A stretch of DNA of 64,000 nucleotides from Octopus bimaculoides (taxonomy: Eukaryota), in contig NC_068994.1 in the NCBI RefSeq assembly GCF_001194135.2, forward strand, positions 3,156,717-3,220,716, in the 5' to 3' direction. The notes under the pieces were generated by a model. That model was given only the letters and a program-made list of their open reading frames with translations. It searched no databases and had not been told where the DNA came from. Made by a program: the position numbers and the translations under genes. Positions within the stretch are counted from its first letter, which is position 1. Every line of letters starts with the position of its first letter. Below, in pieces: positions 45,911-58,934 of the stretch.

Positions 45911-46106
45911 ATCATTTCCACTATAGGCACGAGGCCTGAAATTTTGGGGGAGGGTGAAAGTTGATTACATTGGCTCCCAATATTCAACTGGTACGTATTT
46001 TATTGACCCCAAAATAATGAAAGGCAAAAGTTGGCCTCAGCAGAATTTGAACTCAGAATGTAAAGCTAGAAGAAACACTGCTAAGAATTATGTCCACCAC
46101 ACTGCC
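45911..46106 (-). mobile_element. SINE family A, diverged
   Basis: GGCACGAGGCCTGAAATT…ACTGGTAC…GAATTTGAACTCAGAA. More degenerate copies follow at about 46140-46330 and 46651-46795. Confidence 0.75.
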
Positions 46107-46616
46107 TTAATATGCTCTTAGTAGTAGTAGTAGTAGTAGTAATGGTTCCTAACTTTGGCACAAACACATACAATGTTTTAGGGGTAGAGGAAAGCCCTAA
46201 ATTATTAAACTGACTCCATTGTATGACTGGTACTTACATATTTTATCCCTACCCCTACATACTTGGAAGGATGAGAATTAAAGTTCAATTCCCCAACCTC
46301 CATGCAATTTGAATTCAGAAGATAAAAGGATGGAGGTAAATACCACAAGGTATTTTATCTGATGCTCTACTGATTCTATCATTGACCAATAACAGTAATA
46401 ATATAACAATAAGGATACTAATATTGATCTCATAATTATAAGCTCAAGAGGAGGGCAGGGAATATAGTGAACCCCTTAGTTGTCCTGGGAACTGCTTGAT
46501 CAGCCCCTGGAGGATTGAAAGGCAAAGCTGAAATTGGCTGGATTAGAAATCAGAAGGTAGAAGGATGAAATGGCATTTATGTCAAGGTTTTATTGATTCA
46601 TGTATCAAGGTTAACC

Positions 46617-46652
<36 letters not shown>

Positions 46653-48414
46653 TTCTAACATAGACACAAGGCCGCAAATTTATAGGGGTGATTATAGTCA
46701 ATTACATGGACCACAGCAACTGACAGGAATTTATTTTATGGACCCCAGGAGTATGAAATGGAAAGCTGATCCCTAATATGATTTGAACCCAGATCATAAC
46801 AGACTGAAACTAAAATAGTTTAATGTAATTAAACTAGATACTGGATCATTTCTGGCAAATATTAATGGTGGTGGTCATGATGATGATGATGATGATATCT
46901 GACTGACTTGCTAAGTACAATGTTTTGGATTTATGAGAGAAGAAAAACGAGTCCTTAAAGCACAATGCCCTATATTTCTAAAGGAGAAGAGGTATAGGTT
47001 ATATGAAGGTCATGCCTCCCTTGAGGGTGTTAGCAAATACAATTGAAGTGGATTCAGCTCACTGGGATAGTACCTCTTCTTGTATGGTGCTCACCATTCC
47101 AAACTGAGGTGGAACTAATAAGAACTGACAAAAATAATACAAAATCTTTTAGATTAGATTTTCAATTATAGTCCCATTTCCATCTCAGATGTTTTAGAGG
47201 AATATTAATTTAATACTTGATACTTAACTCATTGAACCTGGAAGCAGAAAGCTAACTTCACCATGATTTGAACTAAAAATATAAAGAGTGGTACCTAGAT
47301 AACAGATATTTTGTGTAAAGCCCTGAAGAGTCTGCCAAATCAACCAGTCACTACTGCAATATTGAGGGGTTTTAGTACTTGTAGATCTTAGTTAGTCTAG
47401 GACCATAACTATGGAAGAACATCAACTGGCAACACAGATCCATGGAAAGATCCATGCAAGGAATTACCCAACCTCGTTTAATATTAAGAAAGCTAAGAGA
47501 GTTTACATCAAGGACATTAGGACACCTCACAGAGGTGGGGAGTGTCTGTGTGTGAAAAGATGAAGGACCTTAATCCAATCAGATCCACCTTTGTCCCACC
47601 CACCAATGATAACCCCACACATTGCTCCCCACTAACTATTTGCTAAGTGACTGACAAGAACAGAATGAAGGGTCCACATCTACTGTATCCTCACAGCTGG
47701 TTTATGTTACGCAGAGGAGCAAGTGACAACTGTAACCAGTCAAAACTGGTTAACTCCCTACTGATGATAGATGACAATGGTGATGATGATGGCAGGGGAA
47801 AATTTTTTTTTTTTTATGTTAATATTTTTTTTAATTTACAAATAAATTATAACTTTTGCTAGAAATAATTTTCAAAAATGCTTCCATTTTTTTTTTGTAA
47901 GTATATTTTTTTATATTTTATTTCATTTCCTCCCCACCCAGGAAGGTAGGCAAAGTGGGGTATGTTAAGGGTGATGTTTAACCAATGAGGATATACCAGG
48001 ATGTTAACAAGAAATATTTAATCAATTAGGATTGTCCACATCATTCCTATTTACAGCTAAACAGATTTTCTATAGGACCAAGGGGCCTAAAGTGAAACTA
48101 AACTACAAAACAACCGGGTCACTAGTTTGTCAAATGTTGATCTTTGACAGAATTTTACAGAACTAATTCAGAAGAATCGAGTCAAAAACTCACTAAGAAA
48201 AATTGATGGAAGAATGATTGAAAGATAAAGTTGTTCTTAGAAACACTTTAGGGCCAGAAGACACATCAATTCCATTTGTTATTATTTAGTAATAACAATT
48301 CAGAGCCACCAAGAGACTAATGGTGAGCAACATGCAATAGTAAAACTGCCCCTGACCCAGGTGGTTGTTTCCCTGTAGAAGCCATAAACTTCTCACACGA
48401 CTACCAATTAACTA

Positions 48415-50077
48415 CTAATATATAGTCTGCCATAAAATTGTATTTAATGGGGTGTACTCTTTAACATTTTTACATGAATTAGCAGCAGTTGTAGTCCCAG
48501 CCCCTAAACCAGCCCCTAAAGTAGAACCAACAGCTCCACTCGCACTGCTTTTTCTTAGTTGCTTATGTGTTCGTCTGTGTCGTTGTAGTTTGCCCGTCTG
48601 GGAGAAAGCTTTACCACACACTTCACAATGGAAAGGTTTTTCTCCAGTGTGAGTCCTTCGGTGGATTTGTAACGTGTCCCGGCGGGCAAACCTCTGGATA
48701 CACAGATCACACGGGTATGGTTTTAGCCCTGTGTGGGTTCGTTGGTGTAGCTGGAGGCGGTCCCGCTGGGCAAATCGGCGCATGCAAACTCCACACTCGT
48801 ATGGTTTCTCACCAGAATGTACCCTGTGGTGGATCTGTAGCTTATCCTTGCGGGAAAATTGCCGAGGACAAAGGGAACAACAAAACGGTTTTTCCCCAGA
48901 ATGAGTTCTTTGGTGCATCTGCAGTTTATCTCTCCGTGCAAACTTCTTTGGACAAACGCTGCATTGAAACGGTTTCTCTCCCGTATGGGTTCGTGTATGA
49001 ATTTGCAAGTGGTCTTTACGAGCAAATTGTTTCGGACAAAGTTGACACTGGAAAGGTTTCTCTCCGGAATGAGTGAGTTTATGGGTTTGAAGAGTATTTC
49101 GTTGGGCAAAACATTTGGAACATATATCACAAGAATATGGCTTCTCTCCAGTATGAGTTCTGCGATGCATTCGTAGCTTGTCTCTCTGCGCAAACTGTTT
49201 ACAGCAGAAATCACAAGGAAATGGTTTCTCGCCGGTATGTGAACGCCTGTGGATTTGGAGTTTGTCATTTCTGGCAAACTTTTTTTGACAAAACTCGCAG
49301 GTGAATGGTTTCTCACCTGAGTGAATACGTTGGTGAATTTTCAAGTTGTCACGTCGAGCAAACTGCTTGGAACAAGTGTCACAGTGGAATGGTTTTTCTC
49401 CTGTGTGCGATCTCTTGTGAATCTGAAGAGTATGTCTCTGAGCAAACTGCTTCGGACAATCTGTACAATGGAAAGGCTTCACACATTTTACATTCTTTTC
49501 CTCACTGTTGTTGTTGTTGTTGTTGTTGTTGATGTTTTTGCTGATGTCATTGTTGCTGTTATTGTTGTTGTTGCTACTATTGTTGTTGTTGTTGTTGTTG
49601 CTGATTTTGCTGCTGTTATTACTGCTGCTGCTGCTGTTGTTGTTATTACTAATATTGTTGCTGTTGCTGCTGTTGGTGGTGGGGGTGCTGCTGCAGGCAG
49701 GAGGTGTAGGAGTAGGAGTAGGAGTGATACAGTTTGGTGTAGCATTGTTTGCTCTGCAGCTACTACCACCACCACCACCACCACCACCACCACCACCACC
49801 ACCACAGCAACTATTATTATTGTTGGTGCTATTATGAATGTGATGATGATGATGATAGCTAATACTATGACTACCGTGGGGATGGTGATGGTGGTGGTGG
49901 TGGTGGTGAAGGTGGTTGGGAGGAAGCAGTGTCTTCGGGGAGGGGGGGTGGCTTACAAACGGTTTGGCAGCTTCTGGTTGTTGTTGTTGTTGTTGTTGAG
50001 GTTGTGTTTGTTGTTGCTGTTGTTGCTGTTGCTGTTGTTGTTGTTGCCGTTGTTGTTGTTGTTGTTGCTGTTGTTGC

Positions 50078-50110
<33 letters not shown>

Positions 50111-50589
50111 TGACAAGCTGATTCGGTAGAACTGCTTCTGGGCGACAGCAGAGACGGTTTTTCAATGGAGAGTGGTTCCATCACCTGACCGTGATGACTC
50201 TGATTTGAAATGTGCTGGTCATGGGCCTGCCTCAGAACTGACCCTTGCAGGGGACTTTGAGGGGGATGCGATGTGGTCATGTGAACAGGACTTTGTTGAC
50301 AACGCTGGTCGTTCAAAGACAGAGAAGCTGCAGCTGCTTGCAGGTAACAGTTCTGAGATGCGTATTGCTTAGCATAGATGTTGCTGCAGGGTACAATCAT
50401 TGGTCTGTCGTGGGAGACAGCAGCTTGGAAATAACAGCTCTGAGCAAACTGTTTGCTGCACATGTCCATAGAGAATTGCTTTTCAGCTGCATGTGACATC
50501 CTGCCATGTGTTGGCAGAGCGTAATGAGGTTGGAACTGTTGGCTGGGAACATTGCAATGGATGGTTTTCTCACTCATGTAACCATCCAT
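48415..50589 (-). CDS. ZNF-D: 724-aa protein with poly-Q/H/G/N N-terminal half and 11 tandem C2H2 fingers
   Basis: Uninterrupted ATG-to-stop ORF with 11 fingers and TGEKP/SGEKP/TGLKP linkers. Candidate acceptor CAG|GTTAA at 50605-50604, 14 nt before the ATG. Confidence 0.94.
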
Positions 50590-51717
50590 TTTTAAACTTT
50601 AACCTGGTTTTAATTAAACCATACAAGAAATTTTGCACTGTGGTTTTGTGGTCAATATCGGCTCAATATGTAAAAGATTAATTGGTTTGTAGGGGATAAA
50701 CTGTGTGTAATAAATTAAATGATTGTATAGATCCAGTGGATGTAGAGATTAATCAGGAAAATATTACATGTGAGATATCACACCTCCTGTTATAGCAACA
50801 GAGATCACAGTGACTGTCATGGTCGGACACTGATAAAATGGGGTTTGGTTCAAGATTAATCACAAGTGTGTATGTGTGTATGTGTGCGCATATACATATA
50901 CAAGTTAAGTTATTCAATGTATGTGTGTATATGTATAGATATATGTGTGTATGTGTGTGTGCTTTATGTATTTTAATATATATTTATGTTCATATACATG
51001 TAATATATATTGTGTCACTTAATATATATATACATATAGATGTATGCTGTATGTCTGAATTGAAGATGTAACCTATCTGAGTTTTTTTTTTTTTTGAAAA
51101 CTGATGTTTTAACAGAGATGGTTCACTATTTTCTTCCAAAGACAGTGTGTGTGTGTGTGTGTTTGGTGAAAGTCTCTTAGCACTTTTTTTATTCAATATT
51201 CTTTAGACAGAGACTTTCATTGCTCCTTTTGCAGCCTGATTTTACAACTGGAAGATTTCGCTGATCCCACATTAATTAATCCATCAATCATGTAAGAGTA
51301 ATTAATAAATTTGATGGGTTTTTCTTCGCACATCACAATCATGAGGCTGGCAATATTTTATTGTTGTCTTCCACCAGTAAATATCTTCAAATCAAATTGC
51401 TAAATTCAGAAATTAAATAATTACTAAAAAAAAATATATGAATAAATGTAACGGAGAATAGAGACTACGTAAAGTCAATGATGGTGCTTGATAATAATAA
51501 ACACGGAGGTTGTAGAGCAGTTGATCGGAGCATAGTGACCATATTTTATCAAATATAATTACTTCGGTGTCACTCAAACAACAGATATGGAGTCCATCTT
51601 GAGAATGTCTTTGTCTGCAAAATAAAAGGTGGAAAATAAGCATAATATATAGATAAATGTTACATATTAATACACATGGCATATAAATAAACATTGTAAA
51701 TAAATAAATACATAAAC

Positions 51718-51928
51718 ATTCTTTTCTACTCTAGGCACAGGGCCTGAAATTTTGGGGAAGGAGGCCAGTCAATTAGATCAACCCCAGTACGCAAATGGTA
51801 CTTAGTTTATTGACCCCAAAAGGATGAAAGGCAAAGTTGACCTTGGCGGAATTTGAACCCAGAACCCAGATGAAATACTGCTAAGCATTTCGTCCAGTGT
51901 GCTAACCATTCTGCCAGCTCGCTGCCTT
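51718..51928 (-). mobile_element. tRNA-derived SINE family A, full length
   Basis: Minus-strand head GGCAGCGAGCTGGCAGAATGG…GGGTTCAAATTCC (A/B boxes), central GCCTTTCATCCTTTTGGGGTCAATAAA block, tail …TAGAGTAGAAAAGAAT. Confidence 0.85.
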
Positions 51929-53739
51929 CACATGTATCATTGATAAACATATAACAATAAACACTGTCTATTAATAAACATTATATATTAATAAATATTG
52001 TATGTAAATAAGAATTACATGTAAATCCACACTGTAAAACATAAGACAAAAGGGTCTGAGCAGAACAGATTGCCTGCTGTAGAAGAGAAACATGACTGTA
52101 GACATGTGGAAGAGAGGGTGTGCATTGGTGGAGGTGCAAAGAGATAAAAAAAAATGTGGTGACGAGGTATCAGAGTGAGTGGGGAATAGGGGATGACTGA
52201 TAGTGTAGAGCAGCAGAATAGAGTGTGTGTAGTTAGATGTATGTAGCAGGTCTCTGCTCCAACTTGAACCTGGATTCTTTTTCCTATTAGAAGGTTTTAG
52301 CAAATAACAAATCGTTCAAACTGAGTGATGACATCAGGAAAAATGTAACCATTGACACCCAAATGACTGCACATCAAATTCTTGTACTGACAACACCAAA
52401 CATTGTTGACTGAAAATCAGTGAAGCATTGACTGATCTAAACTCAGCTGATAAAAAGTGAAGCAAAGAATAGGCAAATGGGCTGAAGGACAGGGTCACAA
52501 ACAGAGCTGGACAAACAGACAGACAAAGAGATGCACTCATGCATTAAGTTAACTTCAAAATCAGTTGTTTTTCAGCAATTAAATAGGTCAGCATAAACAT
52601 TATGCAACACCTTATGTCCAAACTGCTTCTGACTAAATTACAAAGCTAATCACAAGATTCTCTTATAGAATCAGGCCACAATGTTGATCTAATTTTTCTG
52701 ACCTTATTTTGTAATTTTCTTCCTGGGAACAGCCATGTTCCATTTTCAACTTTTATGAATAAAACAAGATGATGAACTTAACAAACTGCTTTTATTTTCT
52801 TATGGAGCTGTTCATTTTTGTTAAATCAATTTTTTTCTCAATCACACATGGAGATACACATACATACATATTCATACACACACCCATATATGTACATACG
52901 TATGCATAATATTGACAGGAAGTCTTGTGGCATCTTTTGAACTTATTAATAATACATTACATTGGAATTGAGAGGTTCAGTGTCTCAAGAGCAGGTGATA
53001 GCTACAAAATACATATTGAACACAAAAAGGGACAGTAAGAGCCTTTAACCCCTGCCCCAGAAGCAACTGGAAATGTCAATTACATCCCATTTCAGTGGAA
53101 GATAATACACATGTGACCATCAGCTACCCCACAAAATGTCATTAAGGTAATACCTTCCAATACATCATCACCATCATCATGTTGTTAATACCATAATGTT
53201 GGAAAACTGTTCCCCACCTCCGATGGACAAATACAAAAGCTATATCTGGCATGGAGTACATACATTCATTTCAAGATAAATTTTGGAGGAACATTCCCCT
53301 CAAAACATAACAGGCTTCTCATATTGTTTGGATCAGAAAAGAAAAATTATGTGTTATTATACAAGTCATTTTCCCTACAGATATGAACATTTTTTCTCAA
53401 TCAGGGAGAAAGAGAGAATTTATGGAGAACTGCATCAAAAACTACAGCTTCTCTAGCTAGATCATCAATTTAAATTTCCACCTGCAATTATTGGTGCACT
53501 TGGTTACCTTACTAAATGTCTATGTGGTAAAATTGAAAAGCTGAGCTTTGCAGACAAAGACTGTGACCAGTTTCCAAAGGGTGAACCACCAGTGCAGTCA
53601 TTCCCATATTGTAGCTGATTGATCAGTTCAGATGTGAGATTGATGGTGGCTTGCAACCTTCTGTGGTTAATTGTCACTTCTGCTCACTTTCCATTCCTTT
53701 CTGCATAACTGTATGCTTACACAGATGGTGAAAGATATT

Positions 53740-53953
53740 CTTTTCTACTCTAGGCACAAGGCCTGAAATTTAGGAGGAGGGGACCAGTTGGTTAGATCAA
53801 CCCCAGTATGCAACTGGTACTTAATTTATCGACCCCGAAAGGATGAAAGGCAAAGTTGACTTCAGTGGAATTTGAACTCAGAACGTAATGGCAGACGAAA
53901 TACTGCCAAGCATTTCGCCCAGCCTCCTAACGGTTCTGCCAGCTCACCACCTT
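53740..53953 (-). mobile_element. SINE family A, full length, with 16-bp TSD
   Basis: TSD GATGGTGAAAGATATT (53724-39) / GATGATGAAAGATATT (53954-69); B box GAGTTCAAATTCC. Confidence 0.9.
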
Positions 53954-54807
53954 GATGATGAAAGATATTAAACAAGAGAAGCCTTGCTTAATTTCTTTTT
54001 CACTTTAGGGAATTTGGGTGAGCAACCAATCCCTCTAAGAATATTCCACAAATATTCTGTTGACAATGTCTCAAAACACTAAGATACATCCCCAAAAGAC
54101 AGACCCCCAAATACAATAAACAGCTTCTAGTTAATATCATGGACTGGTCTGTCCCACATTTGGCTCCCATCACTGCATGAAGGAGGAGAGCATATTTCAG
54201 GTCAGCTCACCTGACCATGATGTCATCAATAAGATGTCAGTACTTGGATTTTGTTACATCCATTATAGCTTTGAAAATATAACTGTTAAAATCGAACTGC
54301 ACTCTTCAAAACTTGCACTAAGAATAAAAACAAGGTAAAATTGCTACCTGCTTTTATAGCAAGTTGATGCAGGTAGTTTATCCCATCCCCCTCCGACTTT
54401 TAGTTCATACAATCGAAAGATCACATTATTTACGGGATGACCCAATACTTGATATTCTTCTGAAGTTGCAAAATCACCTGAATTTTGATAAAATCCATAC
54501 TTTAGCCCCTTTTCTTCACTTGGATACAAAAAGAACATCACTTATTTTGTTCTTAAAATAAAATTTTCAAACCAGTTTTATTCATTTTGGTGATTTTCGA
54601 CAGGTAAAATCTTGACACTGTTCATATACCATTTATTTGGACATTTGTCCCAAATTCAAAATGTCATAAAATTTCTTAAAAATCAAGCTTTTGATCAATT
54701 CTTTTTCATGTTAACTCAGACATTTATTGTAGTTTTCAGAAATTACAACAAAACATGCATTTGGGCACCTTCAGTTTTTTAAAATGTCCAGCCCTGGGTC
54801 CACTGTG

Positions 54808-54983
54808 AGTGGTATGTACAATGTAAGTGGTATGGTGGTATGTACAATTTACAGTGGTATGTCAGTGGTATGTACAATGTACAGTGATATGCTGATGGTA
54901 TGTATAACATACAGCAGTATGGCTGAGGTAGATGGTAGTGTACACCATGCAGTGGTATGGTGATGGTATGTACAACATACAAT
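54808..54983 (+). repeat. Degenerate minisatellite, units of about 19-30 bp
   Basis: Recurrent GTGGTATGTACAA(T/C)(G/A)TACA with variable GGTATG spacers. Confidence 0.75.
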
Positions 54984-56907
54984 GACACTGAACTGATTAG
55001 AAAATGGAAGAGCAAGGAAATTGATTATTGATTTGTATAAATTATTGTTTGAATGGTAAAACAGTGTGGAATATTCTCACAGCTTATCATCAATGACGAC
55101 ATTGTGGCTACAGTTGGGCTGTGTCTGTGTGTGTGGTGCTTAGTGTGCGTGTGTGTGTGTGTGAGTGTGTGTATGTGAGTGTGTGTGTATGCAAGTGTGT
55201 GTGTGTTGTATATGTGTGTACGTGTGTTGTATACAAGTGTGTGTGTGTGTGTAGTATGTGTAGTGCTTAGCGTGTGTGTTGTATACATGTGTGTATATAT
55301 GTGTGTGTGTTCTATACAAATGTGCATGTGTGTGGTGATGTGTGTACTGCTTAGTGAATGTGTGGTAGTGTGTGTGTTAGAATTCTACTCCTCCCTCCTT
55401 CCCCTCCCACTACCCTGTTTGACATAACTACAACCATCAACCACCATACTCCAAGCCAGTAGTCACACGATCTGCAAGAAACAGCAGCTAAACTTCCCTC
55501 AAATCACACCTTGCTTTCTTACAAGTGCAGAAGCACAGTGATCATGGATATACACTGCTATCTGAGATGTAAGACAGGATGGTCATGGCTTGAACTGCTT
55601 TGATCATAGTTTTACTGGGGGGGGAGCACTGACCTAGGGTTAAACAACACCCACATCAGCCATTACCCAGCACAATCACCACTACCTTCTACTACAACTA
55701 ACACTCATCCACCACCACCACCACCACCTCTAATACTACAACTACTATCTCCACAACTATCTCCAAACCCACTACAACCAAACCACAATCACAACCACCA
55801 CCACCAACTACAACAACCTCTACCACCACCACCACCACCACCACCACCACCATATCCAATGAGGGGAGATATTAAAATGTAGTTGATATAGCTGAGAGCG
55901 TTTTGAAAAATTCTGAATGTTTGTATTGATTTTTGTGATTGTAATTAGAATAGGGAGGGGGGGAGATGAGGAAAAGTGTGCGTGTGTGTGTAGAGAGGTC
56001 GATGTGTATGTGTATGAAGGGGCTGATATATATGTTACTATGTGTGAGGTGTGTGTGTGTGTGTTTGTGCATATATATTACTGTGTGTGTGTGTATAGAA
56101 AGGTTGCTGTATGTGTGCATATGTATGTGTTCATGTTACTGTGTGTGTATGAAGGGGTTGAGGAGTCTGTTACTGTATGCGTGTGCATGTTTCTTGGTGT
56201 GTGTGTGTGTGTGTAAAGAGGTTGCTATGTATATATTTGTTCCTGTGTGAAACGGAAATATGATGTACGAGAGGGGGGAGAGAGAGAGAGAAGGAGAGAG
56301 AGAGAGGCAAAGAGAGAGAGAGGCAGAGAGAGAGAAGGAAAGAGACTGAGGTGCTTGTGCATGTGTCTGCTACACTGTGTGTGTGTATGTGTGTATTTTA
56401 CCTTAAATGTGTATGTGCTATGATACACACACATACTCACATACCAATTAGAATGTGAAATGGGGAGGGAGAAAACTGTGTGTGTGTGTGTGTGTGTTTA
56501 TGTGTGTGCATGCTATATATATTATAACATGCGCATAGCAATTAAATAGCATGTGTAGGAGAAGGATCCATGTTTGTGTAAGTGTGTATGTCTGTATGTG
56601 TGTGTGTGTATGTGTTACTGTGAGTGTGTATTAGTGTGTATGTGTGTGTATAAGTGTTTGTGGAGGATCAGGATAGACATGTGTTACTCTGAGTGTGTGA
56701 GAGTGTATGTACACACAAAATGTATTATAAACACCCACTTGGCAATTAATCTGTCATAAGAAGTACAAGAGGGAAGGAACCAGTGTGTAACTGTACATAC
56801 CTGATACTACAAATACACACACACACATTTAGTTTTTACAAAAAGGAGAGCGAACTCAATACATAAATCAGAGTGCATGTGCATATATATATATATATAT
56901 ATATATA

Positions 56908-57748
56908 NNNNNNNNNNNNNNNNNNNNNNNNNNNNNNNNNNNNNNNNNNNNNNNNNNNNNNNNNNNNNNNNNNNNNNNNNNNNNNNNNNNNNNNNNNNNN
57001 NNNNNNNNNNNNNNNNNNNNNNNNNNNNNNNNNNNNNNNNNNNNNNNNNNNNNNNNNNNNNNNNNNNNNNNNNNNNNNNNNNNNNNNNNNNNNNNNNNNN
57101 NNNNNNNNNNNNNNNNNNNNNNNNNNNNNNNNNNNNNNNNNNNNNNNNNNNNNNNNNNNNNNNNNNNNNNNNNNNNNNNNNNNNNNNNNNNNNNNNNNNN
57201 NNNNNNNNNNNNNNNNNNNNNNNNNNNNNNNNNNNNNNNNNNNNNNNNNNNNNNNNNNNNNNNNNNNNNNNNNNNNNNNNNNNNNNNNNNNNNNNNNNNN
57301 NNNNNNNNNNNNNNNNNNNNNNNNNNNNNNNNNNNNNNNNNNNNNNNNNNNNNNNNNNNNNNNNNNNNNNNNNNNNNNNNNNNNNNNNNNNNNNNNNNNN
57401 NNNNNNNNNNNNNNNNNNNNNNNNNNNNNNNNNNNNNNNNNNNNNNNNNNNNNNNNNNNNNNNNNNNNNNNNNNNNNNNNNNNNNNNNNNNNNNNNNNNN
57501 NNNNNNNNNNNNNNNNNNNNNNNNNNNNNNNNNNNNNNNNNNNNNNNNNNNNNNNNNNNNNNNNNNNNNNNNNNNNNNNNNNNNNNNNNNNNNNNNNNNN
57601 NNNNNNNNNNNNNNNNNNNNNNNNNNNNNNNNNNNNNNNNNNNNNNNNNNNNNNNNNNNNNNNNNNNNNNNNNNNNNNNNNNNNNNNNNNNNNNNNNNNN
57701 NNNNNNNNNNNNNNNNNNNNNNNNNNNNNNNNNNNNNNNNNNNNNNNN
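56908..57748. other. Largest assembly gap. Other N runs: 3279-3288, 7828-7907, 10792-11051, 23557-23769, 35358-35367, 38076-38287, 44717-44726, 60820-61137, 62734-62743
   Basis: These are N runs, and most are bounded by (TA)n microsatellites. Confidence 0.99.
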
Positions 57749-57799
<51 letters not shown>

Positions 57800-58444
57800 A
57801 ATTATTATTATTATTATTATTATGAGCTGAGAATAACATTTTCAGTTAATCAATAAATGTATATACACAAATACAAACTACATAACATATACAAATAGAT
57901 AGATAGATAGATAGATAGAGGGGGGAGAGAGAAGAGGAAAGAGAGGAAATCACTTGTACTTAATCATGTGCATATATGTTTATACAATATGTATGTATGT
58001 ACGTATGTCTATGTTTGTATGTATGTATACAGATATGTATGTATGTATATGACATAAAGGTATTGCTATGTACAGAATGCCTATGAAATTTCTTCCACTG
58101 AATTATTTAGAGTAGAAGTTATTAGAATGATTTAACCATTAATACATAAACATACAAAACTACACTGACAGAAGCATATATACTCATACACACACACACG
58201 GATAATATGTACATACATCAACATATACACACACATGGCTGACGGAGGAACAATGAACATGTATGAACATATATACACTCAGGGATAATATGTACATGTC
58301 AACATATACACACACATAAATGCTTATACATATAAATGTGAACAATATGGATGAGATAAGTAAAACTGTAGGTGAGCATGTATATATTCCTGATATATCT
58401 ATATAAGTGTACTGTTACACTTTTATTTATTATCAGTATCTCAC

Positions 58445-58479
<35 letters not shown>

Positions 58480-58590
58480 ATGTATGTATGTATGTATGTA
58501 CATAGTTCAAATTCACAGAAAACAAGACGAAGACAAGTGTAGGAACAGCAAGCAGGTGTATTAGTTTAATGCTGGGGAGAAATGGAAAAG

Positions 58591-58628
58591 TGTTTTATGT
58601 TTCGAGCCTATGCTCTTCAACAGAAAGG
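58591..58628 (-). ncRNA. Hammerhead-like motif, family i, within a ~130-bp repeat homologous to 257-385
   Basis: The minus strand reads CCTTT-CTGTTGA-A-GAGC(ATAG)GCTC-GAAAC-AT-A-AAAC. The downstream sequence (…ctaataca…) matches that after the 257 copy. Confidence 0.45.
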
Positions 58629-58719
58629 ATTAAGAGGAAAAAAATGGAGAGAGAATGAAAAAAATAGAAAGAGAAAAAGTGTGCAGATTTCAATGGTCCA
58701 ACATGGTAAGATATTGGTG

Positions 58720-58934
58720 TTAATGTTTGTTTTTATGTTTAGTTATAATAAAAAACAATTTCATATTAATCTAATGGGTCACTCTATACTTTTGTAGAGT
58801 ACAAATTTATTATTCTTAAACAAGAATATTACTGACATTGACTTTGAAGTTTCAGCCAGTTAAGCCATTATCAGACTGCCAATGGTTTAACTGGCCAAAA
58901 CTTCAAAGTCACTGTCAACAATATACTTGTTTAA
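58720..58934. mobile_element. Hairpin-plus-extension element, opposite orientation
   Basis: Reverse-complement match to 37849-38006 plus the second arm. It is interrupted by a TTAA MITE. Confidence 0.72.

Noticed and set aside
48452-50496. Many overlapping ORFs across ZNF-D (poly-L, poly-V, poly-A/T)
   Set aside because: They are stop-free only because of trinucleotide repeats in the ZNF-D frame.
53559-53599. Possible further hammerhead on the minus strand (GACTG…CTGGTGG…GAAAC-TG-GTC-ACAGTC)
   Set aside because: It has two core changes, no convincing stem II and an out-of-register stem I, so it is too degenerate.
56868-57856. Long ORFs made mostly of X, here and at the other gaps
   Set aside because: They are artefacts of N runs flanked by (TA)n.
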